From IMG/VR virus record IMGVR_UViG_3300011439_000034, positions 1-31,728 of that record: 31,728 nucleotides of DNA. One strand, written 5' to 3'. The DNA comes from a virus (Duplodnaviria > Caudoviricetes). The notes beneath the pieces were generated by a model. The model was given only the letters and a program-made list of their open reading frames with translations, was not told the origin of the DNA and made no database searches. Position 1 is the first letter of the stretch, and the number at the start of each line of letters is the position of its first letter. This document shows positions 8,366 to 17,223 of the stretch, in pieces. The position numbers were made by a program, and so were the translations under genes.

Positions 8366-8862
8366 TGGCGTTCCCGCTTCGGGATGAAGAGATCGGCGAC
8401 CTGCTCGAGAAGCGCGAGCAGATCGATGCGGGGCTTGGCGCCGGCAAGTGGTGGGAAGATCAGCGCGTGCTGCTCCCGCGGATGCTCGAGACGGTGCGCC
8501 GGCTGCGCGATCGCGTGACCTTGTTGGAGGACGGAATCCGCAAGGTGCGCGACGAGTTCGGAGACGATCGATGCTGGAGAGACCTGATGTTCCTCTACTG
8601 CGAGCTCCTGGAGGGGTTCACCATGCCCTCCCTGCAGCTCATGCCGGTCGAGGAGGGGCTCGTCTACTGCCGGCGCTACCTCGAGTCCTTCCACCACCCG
8701 CAGGTCCCCTACGTCTCGCCGCAACGCGAGATCGAGCGGCTGCAGGACATGCTGAAGCGCCTACTCGACGCGCTCGACCTCAGCGCCAAACCCAAGGGAA
8801 CGGCCGTCCGCAAGATCATGGTCGAGGCCCGCATCGAGCTCGCCGCGAAAACGATACCGTAG
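8365..8862 (+). CDS. hypothetical protein (coiled coil, DRCW motif)
   Basis: GGGAG RBS; TGATG overlap. Confidence 0.7.
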   Translation: MAFPLRDEEIGDLLEKREQIDAGLGAGKWWEDQRVLLPRMLETVRRLRDRVTLLEDGIRKVRDEFGDDRCWRDLMFLYCELLEGFTMPSLQLMPVEEGLVYCRRYLESFHHPQVPYVSPQREIERLQDMLKRLLDALDLSAKPKGTAVRKIMVEARIELAAKTIP

Positions 8863-8897
8863 CTCCCACACCGGTTCGGACACATGGAGCCAGGGCG

Positions 8898-9296
8898 ATG
8901 ATGCACGAAACGAATCTCGAGGAGATGTGTCGCACGCGTCTCAAGTCGACCGTCGCGGAGCTGGAGGAGGTCTTCGATGCGGCTTCCGAGATCCCTGGTC
9001 CGTACAAACTGCCGCCACTGCGGGAGCGCATGCTCCCGGTCTTCGGCGCGGGCATCTGGTTGAAGAAGCAGCTCCGAGAGATCGGCTTGCCCCATCGAGA
9101 CATCGAGGCGACATGCTTCGCTGCAGGACAGTGCTGCACCGAAGCGGTCGACCCATGGCAGGTCGCGGAGACAGCGATCAATCGAGCGAAGATGGGATTT
9201 CGGCTTGCCCCAGGAAGGGCGCTCGCTGAGTGTATTCGCGACGGACTTCCACTGCGGCCGCTCGAGCCGCTCGGCCCGATCCAGAGCCCTAACTGA
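8898..9296 (+). CDS. hypothetical protein
   Basis: GGAG upstream; TGATG coupling downstream. Confidence 0.6.
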   Translation: MMHETNLEEMCRTRLKSTVAELEEVFDAASEIPGPYKLPPLRERMLPVFGAGIWLKKQLREIGLPHRDIEATCFAAGQCCTEAVDPWQVAETAINRAKMGFRLAPGRALAECIRDGLPLRPLEPLGPIQSPN

Positions 9297-9610
9297 TGGG
9301 CGAGATCGCTTTCACGCAGTACAAGTTGCCGCGCGGCACGCGCGAGTGCGTGACGATCGATCGCCCCGATCCGATTGCGAAGAAGGCAGCAGAGCTCATC
9401 GCGTCCGGTTGCTGGTTCGACATTGAGATCCTGCGCAGTGGAGCGGTCTCGATGACGTGCGAGCGGAACGTTCCATGCTCCAACGATCCAGACGACCTCG
9501 AAATGGAACCGCGGATCGTCTCGATTCGCATTGTTCCGAATGGCCCCGAGGTTCCTGCGGCCATCGACGAACTGGTCGGGGACGCCTGGCTCCTGATCCG
9601 TGGGGAATGA
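9296..9610 (+). CDS. hypothetical protein
   Basis: Coupled at both ends. Confidence 0.65.
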   Translation: MGEIAFTQYKLPRGTRECVTIDRPDPIAKKAAELIASGCWFDIEILRSGAVSMTCERNVPCSNDPDDLEMEPRIVSIRIVPNGPEVPAAIDELVGDAWLLIRGE

Positions 9611-9900
9611 TGCCCATCCATCCCGAGATGCGCGCGCGCTACCCAGCCGATTGGGCGCTGCGCTCGCACTTCGTGCGCAAGGTCCGTGCAAAGGATCGGT
9701 GCGAGTGGTGCGGCGCGAAGAACGGCGAGCCTCATCCCATTACCGGATCGCGCGTCGTGCTCACGGCTGCGCATGTTTTCGATCACAGGCCCGAGGCAGC
9801 GGGGCTTTTGAATCTCGCGGCGCTCTGCCAGCGCTGTCACAACCGGCACGACGCGCCGATGCGAAGGGATAATGCCCGACTTAGAAAAGATCCGCGATGA
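9607..9900 (+). CDS. HNH-like zinc-finger protein
   Basis: RYP.DW, CEWCG, VVLTAAH..DH and NLAALCQRCHNRHD. Confidence 0.82.
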   Translation: MMPIHPEMRARYPADWALRSHFVRKVRAKDRCEWCGAKNGEPHPITGSRVVLTAAHVFDHRPEAAGLLNLAALCQRCHNRHDAPMRRDNARLRKDPR

Positions 9901-10174
9901 AGCTCTCCGCGTGAGCAATGCGCTACAGGCGGCGGTTAATCCGACCATCGATGCGATGGACGAAAACGCCGGCGTTGAAGTGAACGCGCATCTCATGATG
10001 GGGCTCTTGGTCGGTGCTCGTTTCTGGATTGGACAGTTCCGCGCGCTCGAGTCGAAGATGATCGCCGCGCTTCCGGAGTGCGGCGTCGACCTTGAGGACT
10101 ACAAGCGCATGGTGGAGAGGGCCAATCTCGTCGGCGGGATCACCGTCGAGATGCTGATGCAGGATCTCGGCTGA
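9872..10174 (+). CDS. hypothetical protein
   Basis: AAGGGA RBS; TGATG coupling downstream. Confidence 0.6.
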   Translation: MPDLEKIRDEALRVSNALQAAVNPTIDAMDENAGVEVNAHLMMGLLVGARFWIGQFRALESKMIAALPECGVDLEDYKRMVERANLVGGITVEMLMQDLG

Positions 10175-10428
10175 TGCGGCACGCCAACTTCGAGATCGAG
10201 CCGATCCTGCTCTGCGACGCGCTCATCATCCGCGACGTCGGACCATGGGATCGGCACCCAACGATCACGAACGACGCAGAGGACGTAGTGCGTCGCCTGC
10301 TCGAATCGGGCGAGCTCCGCCCCGGCCAGCGGCTCTTCTACTATGACAGCGAAAACAACATGGACGAGATCGTCGTCAGGGACGGGGAATTTGCCGGATT
10401 TAAGCCAGGCCCGGCCCGGGGGCGCTGA
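10174..10428 (+). CDS. phage hypothetical protein (TNDAE..YYDS..DE..FAGF type)
   Basis: Motif pattern resembles a recurrent phage hypothetical family; coupled start. Confidence 0.7.
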   Translation: MRHANFEIEPILLCDALIIRDVGPWDRHPTITNDAEDVVRRLLESGELRPGQRLFYYDSENNMDEIVVRDGEFAGFKPGPARGR

Positions 10429-10528
10429 AAAAAGCCAACTCGATCACCCTGCCGGCAGCCGGCGGGGTAGGTTTCTGATTGTTCGTGCCCCCTCCCGGGG
10501 GCCTTCCCCTTCTCAAGGAGTTCCAACC

Positions 10529-11005
10529 ATGCAAACGAGACGGACGCTTCTGGCAGCCCTCTTCATCCTCGTGCCTCTGGTGGCGACCTGGTCGCCGGCG
10601 GCCGCGCAGGGAACCGGAGGTACCGGCGGCGGAGTCGGGCAGACCATCAAGCCCGGAGAGACCGGCACTGGTGGTGGCACCACTGTCGTCAACGATTCGG
10701 ATTCTGGCGGCAAGGCAACCCTCAAAACCTTCGGGCAAGGCGCCCAGGCGAGAACGGAGACCACGCTCCGCTCCGACTTCAGCGGCAAAGTGGAAGGCCT
10801 CGAGCCGAAGGACACGGTTACCTGCAACTCGAACGTGAACGCCACGATGCGCGGCCGCGGCGGCAGCATCACGCTCGCCGGTCAGAGCGAGGTTCGGGTG
10901 CACAACGAAGGCAACCCCGACAGCGATCCGCCAATCGTCGTGACCCTCCCCAACGGCAACACGATCGAGGTTTACCCGGGCGGCAAGACAAGGATTCGCA
11001 CCTGA
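10529..11005 (+). CDS. exported Gly/Thr-rich beta-structured protein with signal peptide
   Basis: AAGGAG RBS; MQTRRTLLAALFILVPLVATWSPAAA-Q has n/h/c regions, an AxA site and twin Arg. Confidence 0.8.
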   Translation: MQTRRTLLAALFILVPLVATWSPAAAQGTGGTGGGVGQTIKPGETGTGGGTTVVNDSDSGGKATLKTFGQGAQARTETTLRSDFSGKVEGLEPKDTVTCNSNVNATMRGRGGSITLAGQSEVRVHNEGNPDSDPPIVVTLPNGNTIEVYPGGKTRIRT

Positions 11006-11226
11006 TGTTTCAGAGCACTCGACGGCAACTCCTCGAAGCGCTCGGCCTCGCCGCGGCCAGCGGACTATTCGTTGGTCGTGTCGCGGATTGCAGGCGAGTG
11101 ATCGAGCTCCCCGACAACACCGACACGGTGGCCCACAACCCCGGAAGTAGCGGGCTGATCTTGGTGACGACCAGAGGTCAAACGATTGAAGTTCATCCTG
11201 GCTGCACAGCGAGGATCAGAACTTGA
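11005..11226 (+). CDS. small Tat-signal-like protein, paralog of the C-terminus of 10529-11005
   Basis: STRRQLL plus a hydrophobic stretch; ends GQTIEVHPGCTARIRT. Confidence 0.7.
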   Translation: MFQSTRRQLLEALGLAAASGLFVGRVADCRRVIELPDNTDTVAHNPGSSGLILVTTRGQTIEVHPGCTARIRT

Positions 11227-11846
11227 CCTCGCGACCGAGCTTGCCCGCGTCCCTGGTGTTCGCCATGGGTGTCGCGTGCGGGGGTCTGTCGGGATTCCTC
11301 GCCGGGTCCATGCTGGGCGGTTTTCCCTCCCCGTCCAGCAGCGGCCCCGGCGAGGCCTACTTCCTCGTGGCGCCCGCGGAGCTCCCCCGGGACCCGCCCG
11401 CGCGTGAGGAGCCGCCACAGCGCGAGCCGTTGCCCCAGGAGCCCGTCGCCGCGTACCCGCTCACGAAGGTCGTAGGGCGCGACGGCCAGACTATCGAACG
11501 GCCGCTCCCGTGCGAGGAGCTCGAGGCGGAGCTCGAGGTCTTGCGCACGCACGCAGCCGCGCTCGAGCGCGAGCTCGCGCTCACGAAGAGCAACCCGTTC
11601 TCCCAGGCGGTCGCTTCCGGCGAGTTCGCCGGCGCCACACCCGAGGACCTCGCGTGGCTCGAGGCGCTCCTCGAGAACGTCCCCGTGCCGCTCCGGACCG
11701 GCGAGGCACTCTGGCTCCTCGAGCGCAAGCAGGCGAACGACTGGACGGCATGGGGCGGCGTCGAGGAGGCGATGCTCTCGTTCTTCGGGCGCGAGCGATT
11801 GCTCTCGGCACTTGGTGCGGAGAAGTTTGCGCGGGTGTTCGAGTGA
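11223..11846 (+). CDS. membrane-anchored protein with Pro-rich linker and coiled coil
   Basis: TTG start overlaps TGA; N-terminal Gly-rich hydrophobic helix. Confidence 0.7.
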   Translation: MTSRPSLPASLVFAMGVACGGLSGFLAGSMLGGFPSPSSSGPGEAYFLVAPAELPRDPPAREEPPQREPLPQEPVAAYPLTKVVGRDGQTIERPLPCEELEAELEVLRTHAAALERELALTKSNPFSQAVASGEFAGATPEDLAWLEALLENVPVPLRTGEALWLLERKQANDWTAWGGVEEAMLSFFGRERLLSALGAEKFARVFE

Positions 11847-12268
11847 GCGTCCAGTGCCCCTTGTGCGGATCGAAGCCCGATCGCTCGCAGGCTCCGTTCA
11901 TGCGTTGCAGCAGCGCGTCCTGCGGGCTCGGCACGATCTCGGTGCTCGGACTCGGACACGAGACTTGGGAGAGGCTGGCCACGATCTCCATCGATCTCGA
12001 GATCCTGCGCGTATCGGTACGCCTTGGAAAGCCTTTCTGCGCTTGGGCGCACGAGTACCTTGGCAACCGCCTTGCCATTGGTGATCGCTACGACGAGATG
12101 ATCAAGATCGTCCTCCTGGAGCGCGATCGATCCCTTGAGGCGATCGCTGCGCGCCCGTGCGACAAGCAGGCGGCGCGGTTCGGCAACTGGAAGTGTCCAG
12201 CGCTGATGCCAGAGACGCAAAGCGAGTGGTGTGCGTCGTGCTACGCAAGAGAGGCTCTTGGAAAGTGA
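11843..12268 (+). CDS. Cys-rich hypothetical protein (CPLCG..C..C; C..C..CASC)
   Basis: GTGA overlaps at both ends. Confidence 0.6.
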   Translation: MSVQCPLCGSKPDRSQAPFMRCSSASCGLGTISVLGLGHETWERLATISIDLEILRVSVRLGKPFCAWAHEYLGNRLAIGDRYDEMIKIVLLERDRSLEAIAARPCDKQAARFGNWKCPALMPETQSEWCASCYAREALGK

Positions 12269-12666
12269 GTCACGAAGCCCAAATCGGCCACACCGATCCG
12301 GTAGCGGTCGCTATCGGCATTGCCTGCGGGCTATTGTGTGGACTCCTCGCCGGGTCCACCTTCTCGGCACCCCCTCTGCCGAGGTCCGGTGGGCCTGGCG
12401 GGGTCTACTTCCTTGCGGCTCCCGCGATGCTGCCGGACGAGGACATCAGTGACGCGCCAGGCATAACAATGGCTAAAGAAAGCGATTCTTATGTCAGCGT
12501 GAGCGATGCTGCCGCGCGCGCTGGCCTCTTCGTCATCTACATCACCAGTGACGGCACCTATGTCTTCGGGGACAAACGCGGCAAGCGCATGACGGTGGCG
12601 CCAGGGGACACCGAGCAATTCCTCCGCGGATACGCGGAGGGCCTCGAGATTGGGAAAAAGCCATGA
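12265..12666 (+). CDS. membrane-anchored protein sharing its N-terminal module with 11223-11846
   Basis: GTGA/ATGA overlaps; 25 of 42 residues identical to the N-terminus of the 11223 ORF. Confidence 0.7.
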   Translation: MSHEAQIGHTDPVAVAIGIACGLLCGLLAGSTFSAPPLPRSGGPGGVYFLAAPAMLPDEDISDAPGITMAKESDSYVSVSDAAARAGLFVIYITSDGTYVFGDKRGKRMTVAPGDTEQFLRGYAEGLEIGKKP

Positions 12667-13343
12667 GCGACCACCCGAAACTCGCGATGGATCTCGACGA
12701 CGCGATCCGTCGCGTTATCGAGATCCGTAACGCTTCAACCTGCCTGGAGGACAGCATCGCGTTGTCCTGCGTCCTGATCGCGCTTGCGAACCTGCGCACC
12801 AGGTTCAATCGGCGATGCGCACACCCATGCCAGACGCGTTTCGTTGGCTGTGGCGGGCGATCCTATTGGATCTGCGACGAGTGCGAGCAGCCCGTGAGGC
12901 AGGGCGATCCGCCAACCGAGGATGAGATTGCTCGGGTCTTCGGTCCCCCGGCCGGCTTCTCCACGGAGGCTCGCTGCTGCATGCACCGCGTTGGTGGCGA
13001 GCACGCGGACTCTTGCCCCACCAGGAAAAACCGCATCCTTGCGGGCCAGCGCTGGCAGCCCCGCGACGGAGAAGAGCACCTTCGATACCAGGGGCTGTTT
13101 GATCCCCCAGGCCGAATGACACTTCTCACCGAAGAGCTCATGCGTGAGGCGGCGCGCCACCTTGGTCCGGGAAACGTCATACAGTGGCAACGCGACCGCG
13201 GCGTCGACGTGCACGATCTCCTGCTCTGGGCGCTTGAGGCGCGTGCGCTGATCAGGAATTGGGCGGAGTTTCCTGACGTGTACACCCAAGAGACGATGGC
13301 GCGGATCGCGAATCTGTTGCGTGGCGAGGTGCCCCGGCGATGA
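12663..13343 (+). CDS. hypothetical protein, Cys/His-rich middle
   Basis: ATGA overlaps at both ends. Confidence 0.6.
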   Translation: MSDHPKLAMDLDDAIRRVIEIRNASTCLEDSIALSCVLIALANLRTRFNRRCAHPCQTRFVGCGGRSYWICDECEQPVRQGDPPTEDEIARVFGPPAGFSTEARCCMHRVGGEHADSCPTRKNRILAGQRWQPRDGEEHLRYQGLFDPPGRMTLLTEELMREAARHLGPGNVIQWQRDRGVDVHDLLLWALEARALIRNWAEFPDVYTQETMARIANLLRGEVPRR

Positions 13344-13528
13344 CGACCTACCAGCCATCGGATGCGAACGAGGCGGTGGCCCTGATCGACAGCTACTACG
13401 ATGGGATGCGCGCGGGCGTGCGGCGATTCTCGCAGCATGGCGAAGCAGAGATCGAGAAGATTATGAAACTGCTGGAGGACCAGCGGAAAATTGCAATCAA
13501 GATTGCACGCAGAGAGCCATGGCTATGA
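13340..13528 (+). CDS. hypothetical protein
   Basis: GAGG RBS; ATGA overlaps. Confidence 0.6.
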   Translation: MTTYQPSDANEAVALIDSYYDGMRAGVRRFSQHGEAEIEKIMKLLEDQRKIAIKIARREPWL

Positions 13529-13743
13529 CGGTTTTTAGTGTCTCACCGAACAACGATTTTCATTCCGGATGGATTGCGTACCTCCTGGGCGAGCCGGCGC
13601 CAAAGAAAGGCTCTAAATCGATGGCGTGGCTCGAAGGGTGGAATACAGCATTCGAAACGGCATCGTGTCGCGTGATCGGCGAGGGATTTCAGCGTATGCG
13701 CGAGCTCGGGCACGTCAAAGTGAAGGAGGTTCCTGGGGCATGA
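13525..13743 (+). CDS. hypothetical protein
   Basis: ATGA overlaps at both ends. Confidence 0.55.
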   Translation: MTVFSVSPNNDFHSGWIAYLLGEPAPKKGSKSMAWLEGWNTAFETASCRVIGEGFQRMRELGHVKVKEVPGA

Positions 13744-14375
13744 AGGTTCACGATCTCAAGTGCCGCCCTCCGTACAAGGTGGCTGAAAGCGAACTGCCCG
13801 ACGAGCGCGTGCGCGAGTGGATGTCGATCATGAATCACCCGCACGTCACCGATCTTGGTGAGGAGCTGATCTCGACTAGGGCTGCGCTCCTCGCCAGCCA
13901 CCGCGAGCTGGAGGAGGTCTGCACACAGAGAGACCACGAATCAGAGCGCGCCGGCAATATCGTGAAACAACACGAAGAGATCCGCAAAACGCACAATGAA
14001 GAGTGGAAGAACTGGCACGACATGATGACCGCGCTGGAGAAGGAACGCGACGAAGCACTCGCGGCTCTCGCCTCGGCTAAAAAGGAATGCGGTCTAAACA
14101 TCGAACGGATCAAGGAAGACGTGCATTGCATGCTTCTTGCCGAGGAAACAATCCACGCGCTCGAAGTGAGGCTCGCTTCGGCCAGGAGCGCGGCGATCGA
14201 GGATGTGTCTGCACTGATCCGGGATGCGGCCGGAAAGGACGGTCAGTTTACGCCACAAGACCTCATCGACTTGATGAACGAGATCCGCGCGCTCGCGACG
14301 AGTGGTGGTACGGCGACGAGGACCGAAGCCAAAATCCTTAAGCGCATCGACGCAGTCGAGGAGGAGCCCCAATGA
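13740..14375 (+). CDS. coiled-coil hypothetical protein
   Basis: AGGAGG RBS; ATGA overlaps; heptad-rich E/K/L sequence. Confidence 0.65.
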   Translation: MKVHDLKCRPPYKVAESELPDERVREWMSIMNHPHVTDLGEELISTRAALLASHRELEEVCTQRDHESERAGNIVKQHEEIRKTHNEEWKNWHDMMTALEKERDEALAALASAKKECGLNIERIKEDVHCMLLAEETIHALEVRLASARSAAIEDVSALIRDAAGKDGQFTPQDLIDLMNEIRALATSGGTATRTEAKILKRIDAVEEEPQ

Positions 14376-14599
14376 CCACCCCCCCGCTGGCAGAGCAGGC
14401 GAGACAGTCCCGCATCGACAAGCTGATCACATCGCGCGTGATGAGGGCGCTCGTGGCGGTGCGCGTCACCACAGAGGACAAGGAGCGCATGGATCGGGCA
14501 GCCAAGCTCGCTGGGCTCGCGACGCCGGAGTGGGTCCGAAAGGTACTCGTCAAGGCGGCCGTGAGGGCTATTCTCCGGCGGCGAGGACACGTTGAATGA
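14372..14599 (+). CDS. ribbon-helix-helix (CopG/MobC-like) DNA-binding protein
   Basis: VAVRVTTEDKERMDRAAKLAGLATPEWVRKVL fits the RHH pattern; GGAGGAG RBS. Confidence 0.7.
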   Translation: MTTPPLAEQARQSRIDKLITSRVMRALVAVRVTTEDKERMDRAAKLAGLATPEWVRKVLVKAAVRAILRRRGHVE

Positions 14600-14889
14600 A
14601 TCTCATCCTCCTCGGCCGTGCAGAGTCCCGTCCGGATCCGCGTGTTGGCGACGTCTGCCGCTTGCTGCGTGACGGAAAAGACCTCGGCCTGTGGGTGCCA
14701 TTCGCGGGCTGCGGTGGTCGAAGCGATGGCGAAACCGTGCACTATTATGGGTGGATGTTCGCGCGCTTCGACAATCCCGAGCATCACCGCAGGTTTTCGC
14801 TGTCCGAGGTGGAGCGTATCGAGATCCCGTGTGAGGATCAGCGGGCCATTGAGTTCTGGTCGCGGCTCAAGCTATACGTCGAAGGATGA
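14596..14889 (+). CDS. hypothetical protein
   Basis: ATGA overlaps. Confidence 0.6.
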   Translation: MNLILLGRAESRPDPRVGDVCRLLRDGKDLGLWVPFAGCGGRSDGETVHYYGWMFARFDNPEHHRRFSLSEVERIEIPCEDQRAIEFWSRLKLYVEG

Positions 14890-15173
14890 CCGAGCACTTC
14901 GCCCCAGGCGTCGTCATCGACGGAGTCACCGTCTACCCCGAGGGGTGGATGTGGGTGCTTGGGTTCGCTTTAGCTGGATGCGAGTGGGCGATCGTCGAGG
15001 CCGAGCGCATGAACTTACGCGAGCGCGCTAGCGACTATGAGCGTCGCCGGAAACTGCACTTTGCACAGCTCCACGTGGACCAATGCAAGGCCAAGCTCGC
15101 GTTGGCGGAGGAGCGTTTAGCGGCGCTCAAGGCGCAGATCAGAATCTCCGAGCGCGTCGAGGACCAGAAATGA
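14886..15173 (+). CDS. hypothetical protein with C-terminal coiled coil
   Basis: ATGA overlaps. Confidence 0.6.
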   Translation: MTEHFAPGVVIDGVTVYPEGWMWVLGFALAGCEWAIVEAERMNLRERASDYERRRKLHFAQLHVDQCKAKLALAEERLAALKAQIRISERVEDQK

Positions 15174-15475
15174 TCGACCCTACCGGATTCATGATGATCG
15201 AGCCGCGCGGCGAAAAAGAGCCGTCGGTACGCGATGAGCTAACGGCCGCGACGAATGCCGCGCTCGCGCGCGCACGCGAAGGCGTGCAGTATCGTGGCTT
15301 CCATCTCTGTCGGTGCGGTGTCGCGAGCGGCAACTGCTCCCTCTTCATCACGATCGACGGGCACGAGTACTTGTCCAACTTGCTCGCGGGGCACTACATG
15401 GAGTTTCACCGGAGCGAGGTTCCGGAGCGCGACCTGGAGTTAGCGCGAAGGCTCTGCGCGCTCGGGGATGCGTAG
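15170..15475 (+). CDS. putative Zn-binding protein (YRGFHLCRCG..HY..FH)
   Basis: GAGG RBS; ATGA overlap; Cys/His motif. Confidence 0.7.
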   Translation: MIDPTGFMMIEPRGEKEPSVRDELTAATNAALARAREGVQYRGFHLCRCGVASGNCSLFITIDGHEYLSNLLAGHYMEFHRSEVPERDLELARRLCALGDA

Positions 15476-17223
15476 TGGTCGAGCTCCGTCCCTACCAGGA
15501 AGAGTGCGTCGCGGCCCACTGGCGCTACCTCCGGTGCGACGATGGGAACCCGCTCTTCGTCGTCCCGACAGCCGGCGGCAAGAGCCACATCATCGCGGCG
15601 TTCCTCCAGCGCTCGATCGAGTCGTGGCCATCCACGCGCGCCATCGTGCTGACGCACGTGAAGGAGCTCATCGAGCAGAACCACGACAAGTTCGTGCAGC
15701 ACGTCGGAGCCTTCGCTCCGGTCGGGATCTACTCCGCCGGCATTGGCTCGCGCGACACGCACGATCGAGTGATCTTCGCCGGCATCCAGTCGATGTACGA
15801 GCGTGCGCGCGAGCTCGGGCACTTCGACCTCGCGCTGATCGACGAGGCACACCTGATCCCGAAGAAGGGCGAGGGGCGCTACCTGACGTATCTCGCGGCG
15901 CTGCGTGAGATCAACCCGCGCGTGCGAGTACTTGGGTACACGGCGACCCACTACCGGCTCGACGGCGGCTACCTTCACCGCGGGGAGGGACGGATCTTCA
16001 CCGACGTTGCCTACGAGATCCCGATCGAGCGGCTCGTGCGCGAGGGGTTCCTCTCGCCCCTCGTGAGCAAGCGGCCGAACGCCGGCATCATCGATACGTC
16101 CGGCATCGCGACGCAGAACGGCGACTTCAAGAGGGACGATCTCGAAACGGCCGCGAATCGCCCCGGAGCCGTCGAGGCAGCCGTCGAGGAGATCGTGCGC
16201 TACGGCCGCGAGCAGAACCGGCGCGCCTGGCTCCTCTTCGCGTGCGGGATCGATCACGCGCGCGCGATCGCGCTCGAGCTTGCGCGCCACGAGATCTCCT
16301 GGCGCTTCGTGAGCGGCAAGACGCCGAAGGACGAGCGCGAGCAGGCAGTCCAGGACTTCAAGGCGTCGCGTTTCACAGCACTCGTGAACGTCGGCGTCTT
16401 CACGACGGGCTTCGACGCGCCGAACGTCGACCTGCTCGGGTTCCTGCGCCCGACGCAGTCGACCGGGCTCTACGTGCAGATCATGGGTCGGGGGATGCGG
16501 CTCTCGCCGGCGACGGGCAAGAAGGACTGCCTCGTGCTCGACTTCGGCGGCAACATCGAGCGCCACGGGCCCGTGAATCGCGTCAAGCCCAAACGCGAGA
16601 GCTCCGATGGCGAGCCGCCGATCAAGGTCTGCCCCGCGTGCGCGTCCTACGTGATGGCGGGCGTGCGAACGTGCCCCGACTGCGGCTTCGAGTTTTCAGC
16701 ACCCGAGTCGCGCGGGCCCGTGCACGAGCGCGTAGCGACCGACCTTCGCCCGCTCGACATGGAACCCGCGGTGCCTGTGTGCGTTGACGTGGACGAGGTC
16801 TACTACCGCCGGCACGAGGGGCGCGATGGCAAGCCGCCGACCTTCCGCGCGGACTACATGTGCGGGATGCGTGTCTTCAGCGAGTTCGTCTGCCTCGAGC
16901 ACGGAGGCTTCGCTCTGCGCAAAGCCCAGCGCTGGTGGCTCGAGCACTCGAGCCTCCGTGGCACCAAGATCCCGGCGAACGTGCTCGATGCGCTTGGTCG
17001 CATCGAGGAGCTTCGTTGTCCCCTGCAGATCGAGGTGAAGCGTGACGGCAAGTACGAAAGGGTGGCTCGTGTCCGTTGGACCGGGCGAGCGCCCTCGGTT
17101 AACCCAGGCGCAGAAAGACTTGGTTTTGCGCACAGTCCAAGTGGTGCTGAGCTCGAGCGCCTCCGATCCAACGAAGAAGCTCTGCAGCGACTTCGTGGCG
17201 AGCTGGATGAAACTCCATTTTGA
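15475..17223 (+). CDS. superfamily 2 DEAH helicase (RadD/YejH-like) with zinc ribbon
   Basis: LRPYQ, PTAGGKS, DEAH, GYTAT, TTGFDAP, QIMGRGMR and CPAC..CPDC; GTG start overlaps TAG. Confidence 0.95.
   Translation: MVELRPYQEECVAAHWRYLRCDDGNPLFVVPTAGGKSHIIAAFLQRSIESWPSTRAIVLTHVKELIEQNHDKFVQHVGAFAPVGIYSAGIGSRDTHDRVIFAGIQSMYERARELGHFDLALIDEAHLIPKKGEGRYLTYLAALREINPRVRVLGYTATHYRLDGGYLHRGEGRIFTDVAYEIPIERLVREGFLSPLVSKRPNAGIIDTSGIATQNGDFKRDDLETAANRPGAVEAAVEEIVRYGREQNRRAWLLFACGIDHARAIALELARHEISWRFVSGKTPKDEREQAVQDFKASRFTALVNVGVFTTGFDAPNVDLLGFLRPTQSTGLYVQIMGRGMRLSPATGKKDCLVLDFGGNIERHGPVNRVKPKRESSDGEPPIKVCPACASYVMAGVRTCPDCGFEFSAPESRGPVHERVATDLRPLDMEPAVPVCVDVDEVYYRRHEGRDGKPPTFRADYMCGMRVFSEFVCLEHGGFALRKAQRWWLEHSSLRGTKIPANVLDALGRIEELRCPLQIEVKRDGKYERVARVRWTGRAPSVNPGAERLGFAHSPSGAELERLRSNEEALQRLRGELDETPF

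Noticed and set aside
905-10446. Invertible segment bounded by the 20-bp inverted repeats
   Set aside because: No invertase in the window, and inversion would flip essential co-oriented operons; a regulatory site is the simpler explanation, though not formally excluded.
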